Translations under genes and position numbers: made by a program
Virus record (IMG/VR): IMGVR_UViG_2671180431_000010
DNA length: 4,377 nt
Source: a virus
Lineage: Duplodnaviria; Heunggongvirae; Uroviricota; Caudoviricetes
Reading direction: 5' to 3' (one strand)
Notes under the pieces: generated by a model
The model's database searches: none
Told to the model about the DNA's origin: nothing
What the model saw: only the letters and a program-made list of their open reading frames with translations
Shown: piece after piece, positions 1 to 4,377 of the stretch
Position numbering within the stretch: position 1 is the stretch's first letter
Layout of the letters: each line of letters opens with the position of its first letter

Positions 1-2414
<2,414 letters not shown>

Positions 2415-2419
2415 TCACG

Positions 2420-2423
2420 CTCC
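2420..2423 (-). promoter_or_regulatory. Probable Shine-Dalgarno (GGAG) for J, 8 nt upstream of the J ATG
   Basis: Minus-strand sense sequence of the spacer ends ...UAUGGAGCGUGAGGA-AUG. The GGAG has typical spacing; the GAGGA directly abutting the AUG is too close to act as the SD. Confidence 0.45.
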
Positions 2424-2433
2424 ATAAACGATA

Positions 2434-2453
2434 AAACCGCCCGGAGGCGGTTT
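2434..2453 (-). other. Perfect 8-bp inverted repeat (stem-loop, 4-nt loop) in the I-J intergenic spacer, followed on the sense transcript by a U-rich tract; possible weak intrinsic terminator or attenuator, or an mRNA stability/processing hairpin
   Basis: Plus strand 2434..2441 aaaccgcc, loop 2442..2445 cgga, 2446..2453 ggcggttt (exact reverse complement). On the minus-sense RNA this reads AAACCGCC-UCCG-GGCGGUUU followed by UAUCGUUUAU. It lies between the I stop (2472..2474) and the J start (2411). Confidence 0.35.
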
Positions 2454-2471
2454 CACATAAAACGTTTTTCA

Positions 2472-3113
2472 TCAGCGACCAATCACCACAACCTGACCAC
2501 CATCACCTTCATCTGCTGTGCTGATCTCCTGAGATACCACACGTGATCCCACGCGCATTTCACCGTACAGAACGGGCAGAACATTGCCCTGGGCAACCAT
2601 ATTATCCAGTGAAGAAAAATAGGTGTTCTGTTTGCCGTTATCCGTTGTCTGTGTGCGGGGGGTTTTGGGTTTAGGGGCCAGCATCTGTGCAACACCGCCA
2701 AGCGTCATACTGGCACCGAGAGAAAACAGCAGATTACTCGCCATAATTCCTACCCCCGGCATCCATATAGCAACCGCCATAACAGCCGCCCCCAGCACAG
2801 CCTGAAACACACCGCCACTTTTGGCTCCTGCCAGACGCGGCACGATATGGATCACAGCACCATTTGCCAGCGGTTCATTAAGACGGGCTGATAATTCCGT
2901 TTCACCTGTATCACGCCCGGCAATGCGTACCTGATACCAGCCGTCGCTCAGCTTCTGACGAAACGCCGGGAGCTGTGTGGCCAGTGCCCGGATGGCTTCA
3001 GCCCCCGTTTTCACACGAAGGTCGATGCGGCGGCCAAATCGTTGTAAATCCCCGTAAAGGCAGATGCGCGCCATGCCCGGTGACGCCAGAGGGAGTGTGT
3101 GCGTCGCTGCCAT
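2472..3113 (-). CDS. I: Tail assembly protein I (gpI family), 213 aa: N-terminal ubiquitin-like (beta-grasp) region, a diglycine, a glycine-rich hydrophobic central segment and a conserved C-terminal region
   Basis: Complete ORF in the track (MAATHTLPLASPGMARICLYGDLQRF...GGQVVVIGR). Position between K and J, the ~103-nt overlap with K and the 60-nt spacer before J all match lambda gene I. Start ATG at 3113..3111 is preceded by GAGAGAGG about 11 nt upstream; stop TGA at 2474..2472. Confidence 0.9.
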   Translation of the reverse strand: MAATHTLPLASPGMARICLYGDLQRFGRRIDLRVKTGAEAIRALATQLPAFRQKLSDGWYQVRIAGRDTGETELSARLNEPLANGAVIHIVPRLAGAKSGGVFQAVLGAAVMAVAIWMPGVGIMASNLLFSLGASMTLGGVAQMLAPKPKTPRTQTTDNGKQNTYFSSLDNMVAQGNVLPVLYGEMRVGSRVVSQEISTADEGDGGQVVVIGR

Positions 3114-3754
3114 TTGTCGGTATACCTCTCTCGTTTGCTCAGTTGTTCAGGAATATGGTGCAGCAGCTCGCCGTCGCCGCAGTAAATTGCGGCGTGATTC
3201 GGCACCGATGAACCAAAACAGCACAGCAGCACATCGCCCGGCTGTGCCGCTGACAACGGCACCTGATACAGCCCCGTCGCCTCTAGATTATCCAGATAGA
3301 GATTCTGGCCGTTACGCCACCAGTCATCCTCACGATGAAAGTCCGGCATCTCAATCCCCGCCAGATGATAAGCATCCCGGAACAGTGTGTAACAGTCCGT
3401 CACACCGTGCTCAAAGCGCCGCCCGGTGAGATGCGGCACACAGCGGAACTTATGAATCGTCCCCCGGCAGACCAGCCACCACGGCAAATCACTCTGCACC
3501 TGCAGCCGCCGGTCGGCCTCACTCAGCCAGGGCAGACCACCGGGGTGGCTGTGGACCAGCGCCACAATCTCACCCTGCATTTCTGCCTGCAGCCAGTCTT
3601 CCGGCGACATACGGAAATACGCCTCCGGCTCACCGGAGATATTCACGCAGGGGAAATATCTTTCCCCCTCCGGCGTGCTTACCACGAAGCCGCACGACTC
3701 CGCTGGCGCACATCGCCGGGCGTGCGCCAGAATCGCTGATTCTGTCTGTGTCAT
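3011..3754 (-). CDS. K: Tail assembly protein K (gpK family), 247 aa as the full ORF: N-terminal JAMM/MPN (Mov34) metallopeptidase-like domain plus C-terminal NlpC/P60 (C40) cysteine peptidase-like domain. An alternative internal start (Met49, ATG at 3610..3608) would give a 199-aa product
   Basis: ORF track protein MTQTESAILAHARRCAPAESCGFVV...; JAMM signature H68-S-H70-PGGLPWL-S-EA-D (HxH x7 S x2 D) with an upstream ESCG (Glu19) resembling the JAMM catalytic-Glu motif; downstream GVTDCYTLF and NHAAIYCGDGELLHH are consistent with an NlpC/P60 Cys/His active site. Gene order L-K-I-J as in lambda. The start is uncertain: the upstream ATG at 3754 lies 5 nt after the L stop with no clear SD, while the internal ATG is preceded by GGAGG about 11 nt upstream. 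Confidence 0.88.
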   Translation of the reverse strand: MTQTESAILAHARRCAPAESCGFVVSTPEGERYFPCVNISGEPEAYFRMSPEDWLQAEMQGEIVALVHSHPGGLPWLSEADRRLQVQSDLPWWLVCRGTIHKFRCVPHLTGRRFEHGVTDCYTLFRDAYHLAGIEMPDFHREDDWWRNGQNLYLDNLEATGLYQVPLSAAQPGDVLLCCFGSSVPNHAAIYCGDGELLHHIPEQLSKRERYTDKWQRRTHSLWRHRAWRASAFTGIYNDLAAASTFV

Positions 3755-3759
3755 GGGAT

Positions 3760-4377
3760 TTACTGCGAAAGTTTGTTAATGGAAAGGAAGCTGCCAAAGT
3801 TGCCGACATTATTGCGAAACTTACAGCCACTCAGGCATTTGCTGCATTTATCCTTCGTGATATCGGACGTCGGCTGGTCATATTCATCCGCGACCGCCGG
3901 ACCGCTATAACCGCACTCATCGCCGCGATAGGTCCAGGTGCAGGTGTTGGCCAGCATGATACGTCCCGGAAAAACAGCGCCATCCGTTTCAGTCGGCGTG
4001 GACAGTACAAAAGAGGCACTGACCGCGCTCAGTTCGCTGCACTGCTCGATGCGCCAGCGGCTGATCACCTCCTGCTCCGGATCGGCTTCGCTGTTTCCGT
4101 TGACGAAGTTCACCGCATCCAGAAAGCGGGCGTAAACCTTACGCCGGACCACCGTTCCGCCGACCAGACTCTGCAGATCTTCCGCCATCCCGGTGATCAT
4201 GCCGTGCAGGTTAGAGACCGTCAGTGTCGGACGGGCAGCACTGCCCTTGCCGTTCATCTCAAATCCACTCCCCTGAATGGGATAGGCCTGATACTGCCGC
4301 CCCTGCCAGGTGACCGGCTCACCTTTTTCGTTCTGCTCATTACAGAAAAAATAACGTTCTCCACCGACCTCTGTCAG
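3760..4377 (-). CDS. L: Minor tail (tail tip) protein L, gpL family; 5'-partial (N-terminus beyond the window end), C-terminal 205 codons present, including a cysteine-rich putative Fe-S cluster region
   Basis: The minus-strand frame is open from the window edge: hand translation of 4377 downward gives LTEVGGERYFFCNEQNEKGEPVTWQGRQYQAYPIQGSGFE, continuous with the track ORF (MNGKGSAARPTLTVSNLHGM...FLSINKLSQ, stop at 3762..3760). I recognise this as the lambda gpL C-terminal region. Cys residues occur at ORF positions 73, 106, 115, 138, 141 and 145. The reading frame extends 5' of the track ORF's first Met, so 4257 is an internal Met and not the true start. Confidence 0.92.
   Translation of the reverse strand: MTEVGGERYFFCNEQNEKGEPVTWQGRQYQAYPIQGSGFEMNGKGSAARPTLTVSNLHGMITGMAEDLQSLVGGTVVRRKVYARFLDAVNFVNGNSEADPEQEVISRWRIEQCSELSAVSASFVLSTPTETDGAVFPGRIMLANTCTWTYRGDECGYSGPAVADEYDQPTSDITKDKCSKCLSGCKFRNNVGNFGSFLSINKLSQ

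Noticed and set aside
2483-2805. ORFs 2483..2701 (-) and 2623..2805 (+) inside I
   Set aside because: An alternative frame and an antisense frame within the I coding region. Both are short, with no motifs, and are explained by the I gene occupying this DNA.
2975-3739. Plus-strand ORFs 2975..3211, 3064..3429 and 3335..3739
   Set aside because: Antisense to K and I; Pro/Arg/Ser-rich low-complexity translations; no independent evidence.
3630-4135. ORFs 3630..3830 (-), 3831..4019 (-) and 3938..4135 (+) around the L/K junction
   Set aside because: Out-of-frame or antisense overlaps of the L and K genes; short; no recognisable domains. The in-frame L and K products account for the region.

Overview
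This window is the tail-tip module of a lambda-like (lambdoid) siphovirus or prophage, all encoded on the minus strand in the order L (5'-truncated) -> K -> I -> J (3'-truncated). I translated the minus strand by hand at the gene ends. J begins [24 protein letters not shown] at 2411 and is still open at position 1 (last residues in window ...[20 protein letters not shown]). I is the 213-aa ORF 2472..3113. K is the 247-aa ORF 3011..3754, with a JAMM/MPN-type HxH...S..D motif and an NlpC/P60-like Cys/His region. L runs off the window at 4377 and ends ...FLSINKLSQ at 3760. These match my recollection of phage lambda gpL/gpK/gpI/gpJ, and the gene order, the ~100-nt K/I overlap and the 60-nt I-J spacer match lambda's layout. 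The I protein appears about 10 residues shorter than lambda gpI as I recall it, so this is probably a lambdoid relative rather than lambda itself. The plus-strand ORFs in the six-frame track are antisense to these genes and are most likely artefacts. I see no tRNA, rRNA, CRISPR array, IS element or obvious novel defence or toxin system. This is a well-characterised structural gene block, and the points worth a second look are annotation and mechanism details: the K start codon, the ubiquitin-like/JAMM/NlpC pairing of I and K, the K/I dual-coding overlap, an intergenic hairpin before J, and the cysteine cluster in L. Family assignments are from memory and hand translation, not from a database search.
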